Origin: Ancylonema sp.
Taxonomy: Eukaryota
Assembly: GCA_050230475.1 (NCBI GenBank)
Contig: JBFLGF010000106.1
Span: 1-64,000 of the forward strand
Direction: 5' to 3'
DNA: 64,000 nt
Below the pieces are notes generated by a model that saw only the letters and a list, made by a program, of their open reading frames with translations, did not search any database and had not been told where the DNA came from. Position numbers and translations under genes: made by a program. Below, piece after piece: positions 40,801 to 53,295 of this stretch. Each line of letters starts with the position of its first letter. The first letter of the stretch is position 1.

Positions 40801-43800
40801 ACTGTGACTCCCTTTTTTGCGCGGGGATGCACATATCTCTTCCTCGCTCCTGCCCAGCTCAGCAAACAGGTCTCCAAACATTGCGTCCGCCTCCTCCTCC
40901 TCCTCCTCCTCCTCCTCCCCTACCCCCCCACTTTGTGAGGCACGGGGATCCCCCGTGCTCACTTTTGCAGCCTCTAGTACGGCCACGTGGTCCGCGGCCC
41001 TAGCATTCAGAATCATAACCGCTGCCATCCACTGGTCCAACCACTGTCCTTCTGCCGGAAACAGTGCCTGCAGCTGCTCCTCCTCTCTCTCTCCACTTGC
41101 CTCCTCAGCTCACTCCTCTCCCTCTCCGTACACTGTAGGAGCAGGAGCTGCATGTCTCTGTTTGCATCACCTGACTCTACTGTTGTTAGCGCCTGGTCCA
41201 GAAGCGCTCGGTACTGCTCCACGTACGTCATCAGCATCGCCTCTACCATCCCTACCACTTCCTCCCCGCTTCTCTCATCCCCAACCAGCCCCTGCACCGC
41301 TGCCTGTAGCGCAGGCAGGAGAGGGGCAGCAGCAGCCGCCCCCCTAGGGAAAACAAACGGCGGCCCTGCCTCATCCACAGATGCAGATGATGCAGAGGAG
41401 GTAGGCTTCAGATCCTCCCCAGGTAGCCCCCGGATGAGGAGACTGAGGGCGATCTGAAGGGCTACAGAGTTGTTGAAAGCAGACGTGTGGTCTCGGCTGG
41501 TCCAGTGGGTGAGCCGCTGTGCCACGCCCTTGAGCAGCGAGGACAGCGTGGCTTCAACAGCTTCCGGCGTCGCACTTGGAGCCTGTTCACACTGTGATCA
41601 GGTGTAAGCAGGGAGGCGTGAAAGGAGATTTTGCCATAATTATTCGAGCATCTGTTCAGAAACACATATGGTATCGGCAATCGCGTGGTACCATGCGATT
41701 TACTCACACTCTCTAAAATGCGATGCTAAGGTGCACAATCTGCTGCGGAAGTGACAGTTTTCTGAAACCATCTTCCTTTTACTTCTGAAGACAAGAGGTG
41801 TGACTCACGTGTGGCTGCACTCCCTCTGTTTTCCATTCACGATTACATTTTCCACACACGTTACGAGGGCGTGGCGACACGACAAGTTGTGCGTACCTGT
41901 GTCAGCAAAGTGAGGTGACACAGCAGCTGTGCCACACCCTGGGGCACCTCTTCCACCCTCCCACTCCTCAGCCTCACGTACAGGTGGCAACGAACGAGAA
42001 ATGAGTACCTCTCGGCCACCACGTCCTCCAGACTCCCCAACTGTCTGCTCTCACCCACACCCACCAGATCCCACAGCGCACCCCAGAACGGCTCCCGTCT
42101 GCTGCTGGATGATGCCTCCCCGACGCTCATGTGCGGGAGCTGGGACAGGTCGTCCAACCACTGCTGCCACGTCATCATGATCGTTCGCCCACCCCTGTTC
42201 CCACTGCTGGACCGTGGCACAGGCTGGGGTGTGGACAGGTCATCGCTGAAATGAATGGCTTCAGGGGAGTGGTTCATGCGTTCCAGTAGGGCGTCAGGGA
42301 GCCAGGAGGGGGCCACGTGGTCCGCGGCCCTAGCATTCAGAATCATAACCGCTGCCATCCACTGCCCCAGCCAATGCCCTTCTGCCGGAAACAATGCCTG
42401 CAGCTGCTCTGACCTCTCCCTAAACCTCTTCAGCTCTTCGGCCACAGAAGTGGGCTCCACAGTTTCTGCTGTCATTGCCCCAGACTGTATGGACACACCA
42501 TTGACTCTGTCACCATCACACCCACCCCTGGGGCGAGCGTCTGCGTACACTTCCCGAACCAGGTCCAACAGATGTGAAAGAGCTTTGGGAGTGATGATGG
42601 CGGGCATTAGAATGGCGTCAGAAATTCCCTCTCTGTATGGAGGTGATGGAACTAGTTCCAACTTCTCCAGAATTCCTCCTACCAGCCTCGTGCGTAAATT
42701 CTGGAAAACACTTTGGTTGTCTACAACCAGCTCTAGTATGTCCAAAATTTGGTCCACGAGTATGGGTGCCGAGCAGGAAACAGCAGCCATGTCTACTTTG
42801 TTTGTGTACAGAGGAGGCACCAGCGCTATGAGAGTCAAGAATTCCGGGATGTACTCGTCTTCTGAAACAGTGAGGCCATGTTCGGAAGACAGGTGGCCGA
42901 TGAGATGGAGCAAGCTGTCCGCCAGTGCCTTGTTGTTTTCAGCCAGAGTGTTGATAGGAGACTCTTGCCAGAGGCGAGCAGTTTGTTGCAGCAATCTGAG
43001 GCAGAGTGTTACCAGTCTCTGAGAGAGGCGGAGGTGGGCGATCCCATACACCTGGCAATGACATATGTGACTGTAAGGAAGAGGGAATGGACCAAAGCGG
43101 GGCTCAAATGCAGCTGCGTGGCAGGAGTAATATATCGGGTGCTTATCAGACCGGAATTGGATGTGTGCCCAGCAGCATTTCGATCATCCGATTCCCTTGA
43201 TCGGATGGTAGGAAATGTGAGCCCAAAATGTTCACCTGCAAAGCACCTGAGCCCCCGAAGGTACCCGAGAAACTTCCTTGAGACGTGCCGTTTGAATGAT
43301 TCGATGCCAGAAGGGAAGCTAGAGAGTTTGGATTCGATCCAGTCGATGTGGATGAGCCTGTGGCACGAGAACCACCACACAGGACCACTGAGACACGTGG
43401 GCATGATGAGCACTTGCCAGAAATTTGTGACATAACACCTGTAAATTTCCAGAATAAAATCCAGAACAAATTCCAGAATAAATGGCAAGAAGGCAACCAA
43501 AAAACAGTCCCTGCCCACACTTTAGAAGTTTGATGGGAAACGAATTCGAGGGGCTGAACGCACCTTCATGTTTCTTTCCAGCTTCCCTGTTTACTTCGCT
43601 CTCGCCGAGCGAAGTTGGAAGCTTGTTTTTCCGGAAATCGGTGCAGGCTTTCCGTGCCGAAGACCCTCTATCCCACACTTTGCCACTGACGAGAAGCGTT
43701 TCCAACAGCTCTACAGCCTGCTTCTGCATCTGCACACAGTCCTAAACCAATTAAGCATCATAAAATGTAGATCAGGAACAAACCACCAGGAATCTACTAT

Positions 43801-44464
43801 TTGTTGAGAAAAAAATAATTTGGACAATATCATTTTTACCCCTTGAAATTTGCCGAATGCCAGGGATTCGCACCTGCAGCTGTTTCTCTGGGGCAGCTGT
43901 ACGATCTTCATTCGTGGCCCACTCCAAAACTTTCAGGGAGAAATCCACGCCTGACTTACAAAGCTCCCAGACCACCTTACGGCTTTTTTCCGAACCTGTA
44001 TACATATTACAAGTTGAATGCAAGTCAGGAGACGCAAGTACTGCGTGACATGCCACTAAGATCGTCATATGAGGAAGCACTGAAATACAGATAAAAAAAT
44101 TGATGCATGAATGAATGAAAATGAATAAATGACCACAGAGGGGGGGGTAAGGGGTACATCTTAAATATCACAACATGCTACTTTCGGTCCAATTAAGCTG
44201 ACGGCATGCACAGCTTGATGTCCACTTCTGAACTTGTTTCAGCACATATGACGTCAGTGGGATGATTTATTTACCGTTCGACTGCAAGTGATTGCAAACG
44301 AGTGCGTCAGTGACTGCAACGAGGAATTCGACGGAATCACCATCTACTGGTGCCGAAAGATATCCCCTTAGCAACTGCAGGTCTTCTAGAAAGACAATTG
44401 ATTCGGCTGCACCTTTATAATTTTGACAGGTTTCCAAAATTCTCAAAGGCCAACTAGACGTCAT
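19865..44464 (-). CDS. BIG: Auxin transport protein BIG / E3 ligase UBR4 orthologue; multi-exon; frameshifts and duplications as assembled
   Basis: UBR box CTYLSSGNNFMDQHWYFCYTC..RFFCDCGAG; LKRAYKSGSLD..AVGEGDKV; ZZ finger CDGC..QRWHCDVCPDFDLC; CPRCSRSVSDRHGICSQCHENAFQCRQC; QEDYIRGSMTKNPY..MTVVYRLQGLDGEATE; C-terminal CMVCREGY..VSHFHVIHFQCH..EWDGAALRN..CNALFP. Confidence 0.97.
25245..25650. repeat. Intronic degenerate (CATA)n / (CATG)n microsatellite
   Basis: Direct reading; lies in a BIG intron. Confidence 0.9.
28058..28220. repeat. Intronic (GATAGAT)n tandem repeat, ~23 units
   Basis: Direct reading. Confidence 0.95.
31668..31963. repeat. Intronic perfect (GGGAATAT)n array, ~37 units
   Basis: Direct reading; source of the spurious PYSHIPIF / MGIWEYGN ORFs. 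Confidence 0.97.
32940..33200. repeat. Intronic degenerate (TATG)n microsatellite
   Basis: Direct reading. Confidence 0.85.
33685..33825. repeat. Intronic (CATACATC)n-like microsatellite
   Basis: Direct reading. Confidence 0.85.
35922..38222. repeat. Near-identical 1150-bp tandem duplication of the UBR-box segment across a single N (35922-37071 and 37073-38222)
   Basis: ORF track repeats at offset 1151; N at 37072 lies exactly at the junction; only ~3 differences noticed. Confidence 0.95.
38877..42410. repeat. Diverged intragenic duplication in BIG (38877-40090 vs 41084-42311; 40981-41080 vs 42311-42410)
   Basis: Paralogous peptides (LLERMNHSPEAIHFSDDL, RDHTSAFN..VALQIAL, QWMAAVMILNARAADHVA) and the intron between them occur twice, with many substitutions and in-frame indels. 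Confidence 0.93.
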
Positions 44465-45923
44465 ATTAAGTTATTGCCCAAATGGCTCCGTCACATTCTC
44501 GAAGAACCGCATGTGTTGCGGGCCCGACTGACTTAAACAACACTGCACATTTCAATCTCTCTCGTCTTCATCTCCAACTATCCCACAGAATAAAAACTTC
44601 ACGCCTGCAAAGATCACCGGTGTCTCCTGGGCAGTCTAATTTCTATCCTGAGCCGGAACCGTCCTGGCCCTCCCAAGGGGGCTGGATTAGGCTAGACTAG
44701 GAAATATGATGGAACTGATTTCGACTGGACACGTGCCACATGAGAATGGATACGGTTCAAATGGATGCGTTTCGACAAGTGATGCAAATATGACGACATT
44801 TGACGTCACCTCTCTGTACTTTGATACCGTGGTTACGTAAGAAAGACAATTGTGTATTACGTCGTAAGATTTTTGTGTGTATTATTTTGCAAGTAAAAAT
44901 TGCGATTACGGCAAACGTATTATTACCAAAAATAAAAACGTAATTTACGTTTTGGATCGGAGATGAAGCTTCGTCAAGATTTTGCTAATTGGGCAAAATA
45001 ACTTTTTCATGAGGATTTTCAACGGTTTATGTGCTATGATGAAATGTCATCTCAACCTCTCGGCTACCGTAGAGACCAAATTCAAAACCCCGCGTTTTAT
45101 TTTGAATTATTTTACGCATCTCCCCACCCCTTACCCCCACTCGTTTTCAATTCATTTCGACCCCCCTGTACACCAAAACCGATTCAATTTCGGGTACCCA
45201 CACCCCAACTCCCACTCCCACATCCGACCCCATTCCACCCGTGTCCCATATTTTCAGTCCAAAAAGTAAATGATCGAGTGCCGCTATGGCATTTGTGCCA
45301 CAGTTGCTCGAAAGAGCCAATGCAATAGAGCGGTGCATATTGTTTCGCGATATAGCATACATTTTATGGTTGTAGCAGGTTTGGTACACACGTGTCGAGA
45401 TACATGGACACGTGGCGGTCTAGAACGAGCGCCAACGCCTTATTTTCCAGCTGGGTGCGATGGCATTGATTTTGGGCTAGTCCGTCGCATAATACCCTTT
45501 TTAATTACTTTTAACTTTCCCCAAAACCCCAAAAATAATTATTTTTACACCTACCTGTTTTGAATTAATTAGTGGGGGTTTTCATTTGGTCTACTATATT
45601 TAGCATACGCCACCTTTTTAATACAACACAATAATTCTTGTACTGTTCATTTTGTTTTTTCGCGCATTTTTTCACGCATAAGACTTTAAAACAAATCATC
45701 TAATCACGTCAATCACAATTTACGACACGTGATGATGTAAGTGCAACCCCATAATACATTTTCGTGAACGGGGGGATCCGGTAATTACTCTCTTAAATTT
45801 ACGAATCAACACACTATGATGTAAAACGTGAATGTAACATTCATAACCCTAGTTTCGATTGGATTGGATGCATTTCGACTAACTCGTGTGGAAAAAAAAC
45901 AAAAAACAAAAAACAAGCGAGCG

Positions 45924-46143
45924 CATTTCTTTGCGCAACTCTCGGTATGATGCAGTTTACCGCATCATTTGGCAGTCGCCCCAGCACGCGCGGTTTCGGG
46001 GGGTCCCAACCCGGGTTTGGGGGGGGCAACCCGGGGTCAACCCCTAACCCGGGTTGGGGGTCGGGGAAGGATTGTCAAATAGTTGGGGGGTCGCTTCCAA
46101 CACCCGCCTCCCAACCCCACGTGAAATGGGGTTGCGCACTATG
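45924..46143. mobile_element. MITE-like element with CAACCC/GGGTTG subterminal repeats
   Basis: Right end GGGGTTGCGCACTATG, degenerate left end cat..tgcgcaact; the same terminus recurs at 58576-58592, 60417-60433 and 60682-60696. Confidence 0.55.
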
Positions 46144-46663
46144 CGGTGTGTCTGATCATGACTCATCATAACCAGTTCGGCATCCTCGAATTCGGCGGCG
46201 GCGATAGAGTCTATGACTACGTAGTGACGATCTAGCGAACTGAGTAAATACACCAAACAACTTTTTGAGTATCTTCGGGCTTTCATTAGAGTATGTTTAA
46301 TCTACAAGCACTTCGGAGCATCACTTGAATTGCGCCTGATTTTGAGTATTCCTTTAGGTTTTACGGCGTATCACATCCTGGCGAGATTTCACGAAGTAAT
46401 GTACTCTGAGCGCCGTAACACAATTGTGAACTGGGTGTCACAAAGTGGTACTCGTTTCACAATTGCGATCCTCGTTGATGTCGTCGTGATACTCCTCAAA
46501 AAACTTGCTGCAAGGCAGACAGTTCACACGTGTGTGCGTGACACGTGGCGATTGGATTCGTCATTTGATGGTGTTGTTCATGTGAGAGGGATACGATGCT
46601 AGATAGCACGACACAAGTGATTCATTGTGCACTCTGATTAGGCGCCCACTATGGCATCTAAAA

Positions 46664-46800
46664 GTTGTGTCAGACAATATACGATCGTGTGCCTATGTGG
46701 TGATTTGGCGCGGGCACGGGAACATGATTTGACACACGCGCGGGTACAAGTATTTGTTGCAATCTTTCGTTTCGCAATAGAACGTTCTATTTACTGTAGT
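46664..46800 (+). repeat. Dispersed repeat copy, inverted relative to 8010-8195
   Basis: Nucleotide match, also visible as ARVQVF..FRFAIER.IYCS in both six-frame translations. Confidence 0.75.
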
Positions 46801-48164
46801 AAGGAAGCATCACGATTGCTTCGCTCGTCGCGACGTCATGTTTGCAAGACATTCCCAAAGACAGTGGTGCTCTGTGCCATCACTTGCACATCTCTAACAA
46901 CTGATCGGATTCTGTGGTATGACCACAATGCCATTGGTGCGAGAGGGAGCTCGTAATACTTTTTAGATAACGACAAATCTCGGCACTTGCGTTTGTGTTG
47001 TCGAATGGACACCTAGCCGAAGATAGCGGAGGTCGACTGCCCAGCTGTACAGCAAGAGATTGCCTTGTGGCAGCCATACTTTGTATCTAGCTGCAAGATC
47101 GATCTCCATGACGTCGCTACATGAAGAAGATTGTGCATTATGTTGGACAGTTCAAGGGTCTCGATTTAATCATAATACACACCAAACACCACCACCTTAC
47201 ATGCGCGTATCGCCTAGTGTCGATCGACCACACTACATATTTGAGATATATGTTGTACCTAGTATCTACCGATTGTCCAACCTTACCCAGATTTCGGGTT
47301 CATTGTATTTGACCCTAGTCGTGCACAGTACCCTTTCATTGTGTCTACAAATTGCTAATGAATGACATACACAAGGCTATTTCAATAGACTATCAATGCT
47401 GACATGTACATAAAACTCGATACACATCTGCAATTATATGAGTGAAACACATACAAGATTAGTAAACTTCCTCAAATAGTCAAACCTTCTAGAAGTTGTT
47501 GAAAAAAACGTGTCTAGTGCAATGACAGACGCCACCTACCATCGAAACCATCGAAACCATCCACACCATCCAAACCATCCAACCCGTCAATCGTCGAACA
47601 CATGTGATGCACAATAAAAGAGGCTTTGGCAAGTGATGAATGAATGGATTGTATGAAAAATGACTTTATAGTCATGATTGGTAGCAAATTACAAAACTAC
47701 TGCAAATGTAACTATTTCTTAGCGATCGTTACCTATGAGGACTCGTGGTTGCTAAGTGCACGAGTCATGCAAGGAACTAATTTCATTCAAAATTACGTTC
47801 CTTAGACTACACAATGGAGCGGTCTATAGACATGCAAAATGAAAATTGCGATGTTGACATATCAAACTACACGGTCTACTCTAGGACCATGACTGACAGA
47901 TACGTACGAAAGTTAATCTTTACTAAAAAAGCATGCACATCTGCACAGGCTCGTCCCTCAAACAGACTGGCCAGCCTATTGGCCAGTCTTCCTTTGCAAA
48001 ATGGAATCTGAGGGCGACATCAAGGGGATGTAAAACCACCTTCCCCTTCCGCCACTCACCCCTTTCATGTGCCGCCTGGAATGCAAGCCGAAACAGCAAT
48101 GCTACATGCGATGGTGTTGCCTACCTTCCTACTACCTTTTGCCTTGCCCTATATTCCCCCCCAA

Positions 48165-50676
48165 CAAAGAGGAGGATGCGCACACATAGGCGGCGGGTGG
48201 CCTAGCCACCATATGCTTGTTAACCCTCCGCCTTCATGACTGTAAAATCCACACAACCAGTTCCGAGAAAAACCATACAAACCACTGTCAGTGACCACTT
48301 TTCTCATCAATATGTCTGTAATCCTCAAAACGCTTCAGTTCTCTTCTCGATTCACTCTCTACAGATCTCTCCGACCCTCCTCCCCTCCTCCCTTCCTCCC
48401 CTCCCACCCTCCTCCTCTCCTCCCCTCCTCCCCTCCTCCCCTCTTCATGGCCGAAACCTCGCCCTCTTTTCGGACCTATTGAAGTGGCTTGCGTCGGGAT
48501 GGTCCATCATCTGCCCCAGGTTCGAGGTGCTGCCTTTGTACTCGTCCACGTCCTCTTCCGGGGGGCTGTGGGTGCCCGCAGAAGGCTCAACATTCTTCTC
48601 CCCGTCACCTTCACCACCTGGAGCTTGATGAGATTCTGCCGCAGCTGCTACCCCCCACCCCAACCCCCTGGCATGCTCAGAATTGTCACTGATCAACACG
48701 GCAGACTGACTGAGTACTTACCAGACTCCTGCCGATTGACTGGTACAGACAGAAAGCGCGATCATCGAGGAATGTACTTAGCATGCCAGTTGAGGTAAGG
48801 CAGTCTTCAAAAGCATTACATAAATTGATTCGGCCGTAGACTGTACACATATAGCCCCTTGTAGTGATGAAAGAGTCAAGATTGGACCCAGCAGCGTGAT
48901 CCTTGCAAGTGGTATCATCCTCACAGCCGTCAATATACTTATTGCTGATACGTACACAGGCATATGAATGGATGCATATCTCTCCTAAAATCGTGGTCAA
49001 CTTTGACCTCGATCAAATATGAATGGATTTCTGAGAGCAAAGGCAGAAAGGCCCCGAAGCAAGAGGCAGAAAGGCAGAAAGGCAGTAAGGCAGAAAGGCA
49101 GAAAGGAAACCATACCTTGCAATTCTTCGGGGCTGGTGATCAAATCCAGCTCCAACCGGTCCAGCAATCTCCCAATGTCCACCCCACTGGTCCAGTTTTC
49201 AGGCCCGTTCCCCTTCCTCAGTTTCAACCTCCCCCGGTTTGCTGTCCCTCCCCATATGATCCCCACAGGCTGAGGCAGCTCTGAACCCTCTGCTTGAAGA
49301 ACGATGAGGGAGCCGCTGTCCCCCTCAATGTCGAAAGGCATCCCCGTCTCGCCCAGGATGAGGAAGTCGGTGAAGAAGCACACGCCCTTGTCGTCCGTGT
49401 ACTCCACTGCGTAGGCCATGATGGAGCCCTTGGTGAGGCCGGAACGCTGCCACCCAACTGCGGGGAAGGAGAGCAGGGAGGTGTTGTGAGGGGCAGGTTC
49501 TTGTTTCTCAAGCTGGATTTTGATCACCTTAGAGACAGGCCTGCCAACGAGGGAGGAGATTGGGTCGTTGAGGTCGATGATGTAGGCCTGTCCCATGTTG
49601 CCTATGCCTTTCAGCCGCGTTGTCACTTTGCGAAGGTCGAATTGCTCCCAAAAGGGAATGAATGCCCCGTCAGCACGCACGTACGTCTCTGAACCCCAAC
49701 AGAACCTCAATGTTTTTGTCAGAGTTCAGTTTCTGGCATGTAGAGTTGTCCTGGAACTCAACATTGAGTTGAACTTTCTGCTCCTTATCATACACTTATT
49801 TCCTTGCAGCTCCACACAACTGCATCGATGACCAAGATGCAACGATACAAATCTCCCCCCATGGATCGAAAGAGTCCCCCCAATCACCGGATTCAGGGTA
49901 CTTGCCTGGATTTTGTCCCGCAAAAATCCCATACCAAGCATGATCCGATGTGAACGAAGTCGCTCGTTCAACCGACCCCAAATACATCCCAGGCCCAAGA
50001 GAGGGCGGAAGTGGGTGATACATCTTCTGCATCGGCTGGTCAAAGTCAACTGCCACATGGCGATTTGTGAGGAACGCAAGTGGTATCATCCTCACAGCCG
50101 TCAATATACTTATTGCTGATACGTACACAGGCATATGAATGGATGCATATCTCTCCTAAAATCGTGGTCAACTTTGACCTCGATCAAATATGAATGGATT
50201 TCTGAGAGCAAAGGCAGAAAGGCCCCGAAGCAAGAGGCAGAAAGGCAGAAAGGCAGTAAGGCAGAAAGGCAGAAAGGAAACCATACCTTGCAATTCTTCG
50301 GGGCTGGTGATCAAATCCAGCTCCAACCGGTCCAGCAATCTCCCAATGTCCACCCCACTGGTCCAGTTTTCAGGCCCGTTCCCCTTCCTCAGTTTCAACC
50401 TCCCCCGGTTTGCTGTCCCTCCCCATATGATCCCCACAGGCTGAGGCAGCTCTGAACCCTCTGCTTGAAGAACGATGAGGGAGCCGCTGTCCCCCTCAAT
50501 GTCGAAAGGCATCCCCGTCTCGCCCAGGATGAGGAAGTCGGTGAAGAAGCACACGCCCTTGTCGTCCGTGTACTCCACTGCGTAGGCCATGATGGAGCCC
50601 TTGGTGAGGCCGGAACGCTGCCACCCAACTGCGGGGAAGGAGAGCAGGGAGGTGTTGTGAGGGGCAGGTTCTTGTT
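48165..50676 (-). repeat. Apparently identical duplicated 3' portions of the NAL1-like gene (48165-50075 = 50678-52588; 50076-50676 = 48905-49505)
   Basis: ORF track repeats exactly at offsets 2513 and 1171; junctions read at 50075/50076 and 50676/50678. Confidence 0.93.
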
Positions 50677-50957
50677 GCAAAGAGGAGGATGCGCACACAT
50701 AGGCGGCGGGTGGCCTAGCCACCATATGCTTGTTAACCCTCCGCCTTCATGACTGTAAAATCCACACAACCAGTTCCGAGAAAAACCATACAAACCACTG
50801 TCAGTGACCACTTTTCTCATCAATATGTCTGTAATCCTCAAAACGCTTCAGTTCTCTTCTCGATTCACTCTCTACAGATCTCTCCGACCCTCCTCCCCTC
50901 CTCCCTTCCTCCCCTCCCACCCTCCTCCTCTCCTCCCCTCCTCCCCTCCTCCCCTCT

Positions 50958-53295
50958 TCATGGCCGAAACCTCGCCCTCTTTTCGGACCTATTGAAGTGG
51001 CTTGCGTCGGGATGGTCCATCATCTGCCCCAGGTTCGAGGTGCTGCCTTTGTACTCGTCCACGTCCTCTTCCGGGGGGCTGTGGGTGCCCGCAGAAGGCT
51101 CAACATTCTTCTCCCCGTCACCTTCACCACCTGGAGCTTGATGAGATTCTGCCGCAGCTGCTACCCCCCACCCCAACCCCCTGGCATGCTCAGAATTGTC
51201 ACTGATCAACACGGCAGACTGACTGAGTACTTACCAGACTCCTGCCGATTGACTGGTACAGACAGAAAGCGCGATCATCGAGGAATGTACTTAGCATGCC
51301 AGTTGAGGTAAGGCAGTCTTCAAAAGCATTACATAAATTGATTCGGCCGTAGACTGTACACATATAGCCCCTTGTAGTGATGAAAGAGTCAAGATTGGAC
51401 CCAGCAGCGTGATCCTTGCAAGTGGTATCATCCTCACAGCCGTCAATATACTTATTGCTGATACGTACACAGGCATATGAATGGATGCATATCTCTCCTA
51501 AAATCGTGGTCAACTTTGACCTCGATCAAATATGAATGGATTTCTGAGAGCAAAGGCAGAAAGGCCCCGAAGCAAGAGGCAGAAAGGCAGAAAGGCAGTA
51601 AGGCAGAAAGGCAGAAAGGAAACCATACCTTGCAATTCTTCGGGGCTGGTGATCAAATCCAGCTCCAACCGGTCCAGCAATCTCCCAATGTCCACCCCAC
51701 TGGTCCAGTTTTCAGGCCCGTTCCCCTTCCTCAGTTTCAACCTCCCCCGGTTTGCTGTCCCTCCCCATATGATCCCCACAGGCTGAGGCAGCTCTGAACC
51801 CTCTGCTTGAAGAACGATGAGGGAGCCGCTGTCCCCCTCAATGTCGAAAGGCATCCCCGTCTCGCCCAGGATGAGGAAGTCGGTGAAGAAGCACACGCCC
51901 TTGTCGTCCGTGTACTCCACTGCGTAGGCCATGATGGAGCCCTTGGTGAGGCCGGAACGCTGCCACCCAACTGCGGGGAAGGAGAGCAGGGAGGTGTTGT
52001 GAGGGGCAGGTTCTTGTTTCTCAAGCTGGATTTTGATCACCTTAGAGACAGGCCTGCCAACGAGGGAGGAGATTGGGTCGTTGAGGTCGATGATGTAGGC
52101 CTGTCCCATGTTGCCTATGCCTTTCAGCCGCGTTGTCACTTTGCGAAGGTCGAATTGCTCCCAAAAGGGAATGAATGCCCCGTCAGCACGCACGTACGTC
52201 TCTGAACCCCAACAGAACCTCAATGTTTTTGTCAGAGTTCAGTTTCTGGCATGTAGAGTTGTCCTGGAACTCAACATTGAGTTGAACTTTCTGCTCCTTA
52301 TCATACACTTATTTCCTTGCAGCTCCACACAACTGCATCGATGACCAAGATGCAACGATACAAATCTCCCCCCATGGATCGAAAGAGTCCCCCCAATCAC
52401 CGGATTCAGGGTACTTGCCTGGATTTTGTCCCGCAAAAATCCCATACCAAGCATGATCCGATGTGAACGAAGTCGCTCGTTCAACCGACCCCAAATACAT
52501 CCCAGGCCCAAGAGAGGGCGGAAGTGGGTGATACATCTTCTGCATCGGCTGGTCAAAGTCAACTGCCACATGGCGATTTGTGAGGAACCCTGGCGGTCTG
52601 TGGTCCCGGCGACTCCTAACCACCGCCCCAAAGGTTCCATACATCTCCTCAGAAGCTACCTGTGACCCTGGGCCGACATCCTCGTCGTTACCTCGCAGTC
52701 CTTCCACAAGCTCGTTGTACACCTGTTCTCGAGGAGAGGACGTTCCTGGCCCGTAATAGCTGAACTCAACCACGTCCACGTCACACCAGTAACCCCCTGG
52801 ACCATAGAGCATTCGAGGCAGTTTCTGGGCATCCTGCAGCCACTCATCGTGCACTTTCCGCGATACAAAGACGATGATAGCGGGAAGTTTTGTGAGGATG
52901 CCACTTTTGGTTCTTAGACCTAATGCGGTGCCTAGACTGAAGCGGCGCAGTGTCTTGCTGTGATATGCGCGGATAGTCATCAGCTCCAGCAGACTCGTCG
53001 CTTGTTTTCCATCTGGCAAAGCCTCCTGCGATGTCGCAGCATTTAGATGAATGAAATAAGCTGTCCTCTCCTCGGCAGAACCCCTGCGACCACAGCCATG
53101 AGGCCATCTTACGTAACCGGAAGACTCTGCATCATGTCGACCAGCTGACTCAAAAGCTTGAAGGGAGGGAGAGTCGGAGCGGATACGACGGCTGGTGCGG
53201 TTGGAGATAAGGGCCTGATTAGCCTTAATCGAGTCAGGACGCAGAGAGTCAGGCTTAGTTCGGGCATAACCGCGAAGCACTTCACGCGTGTCCAT
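50958..53295 (-). CDS. NAL1: NARROW LEAF 1-like trypsin-family serine protease; multi-exon
   Basis: GKQATSLLELMTIRAYHSKTLRRFSLGTALG, WCDVDVVEFSY, catalytic His TNRHVAV, Asp VRADGAFIPF, Ser EGDSGSLI, GIIWGGTANRGRLKL, ENWTSGVDIGRLL. Confidence 0.93.
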
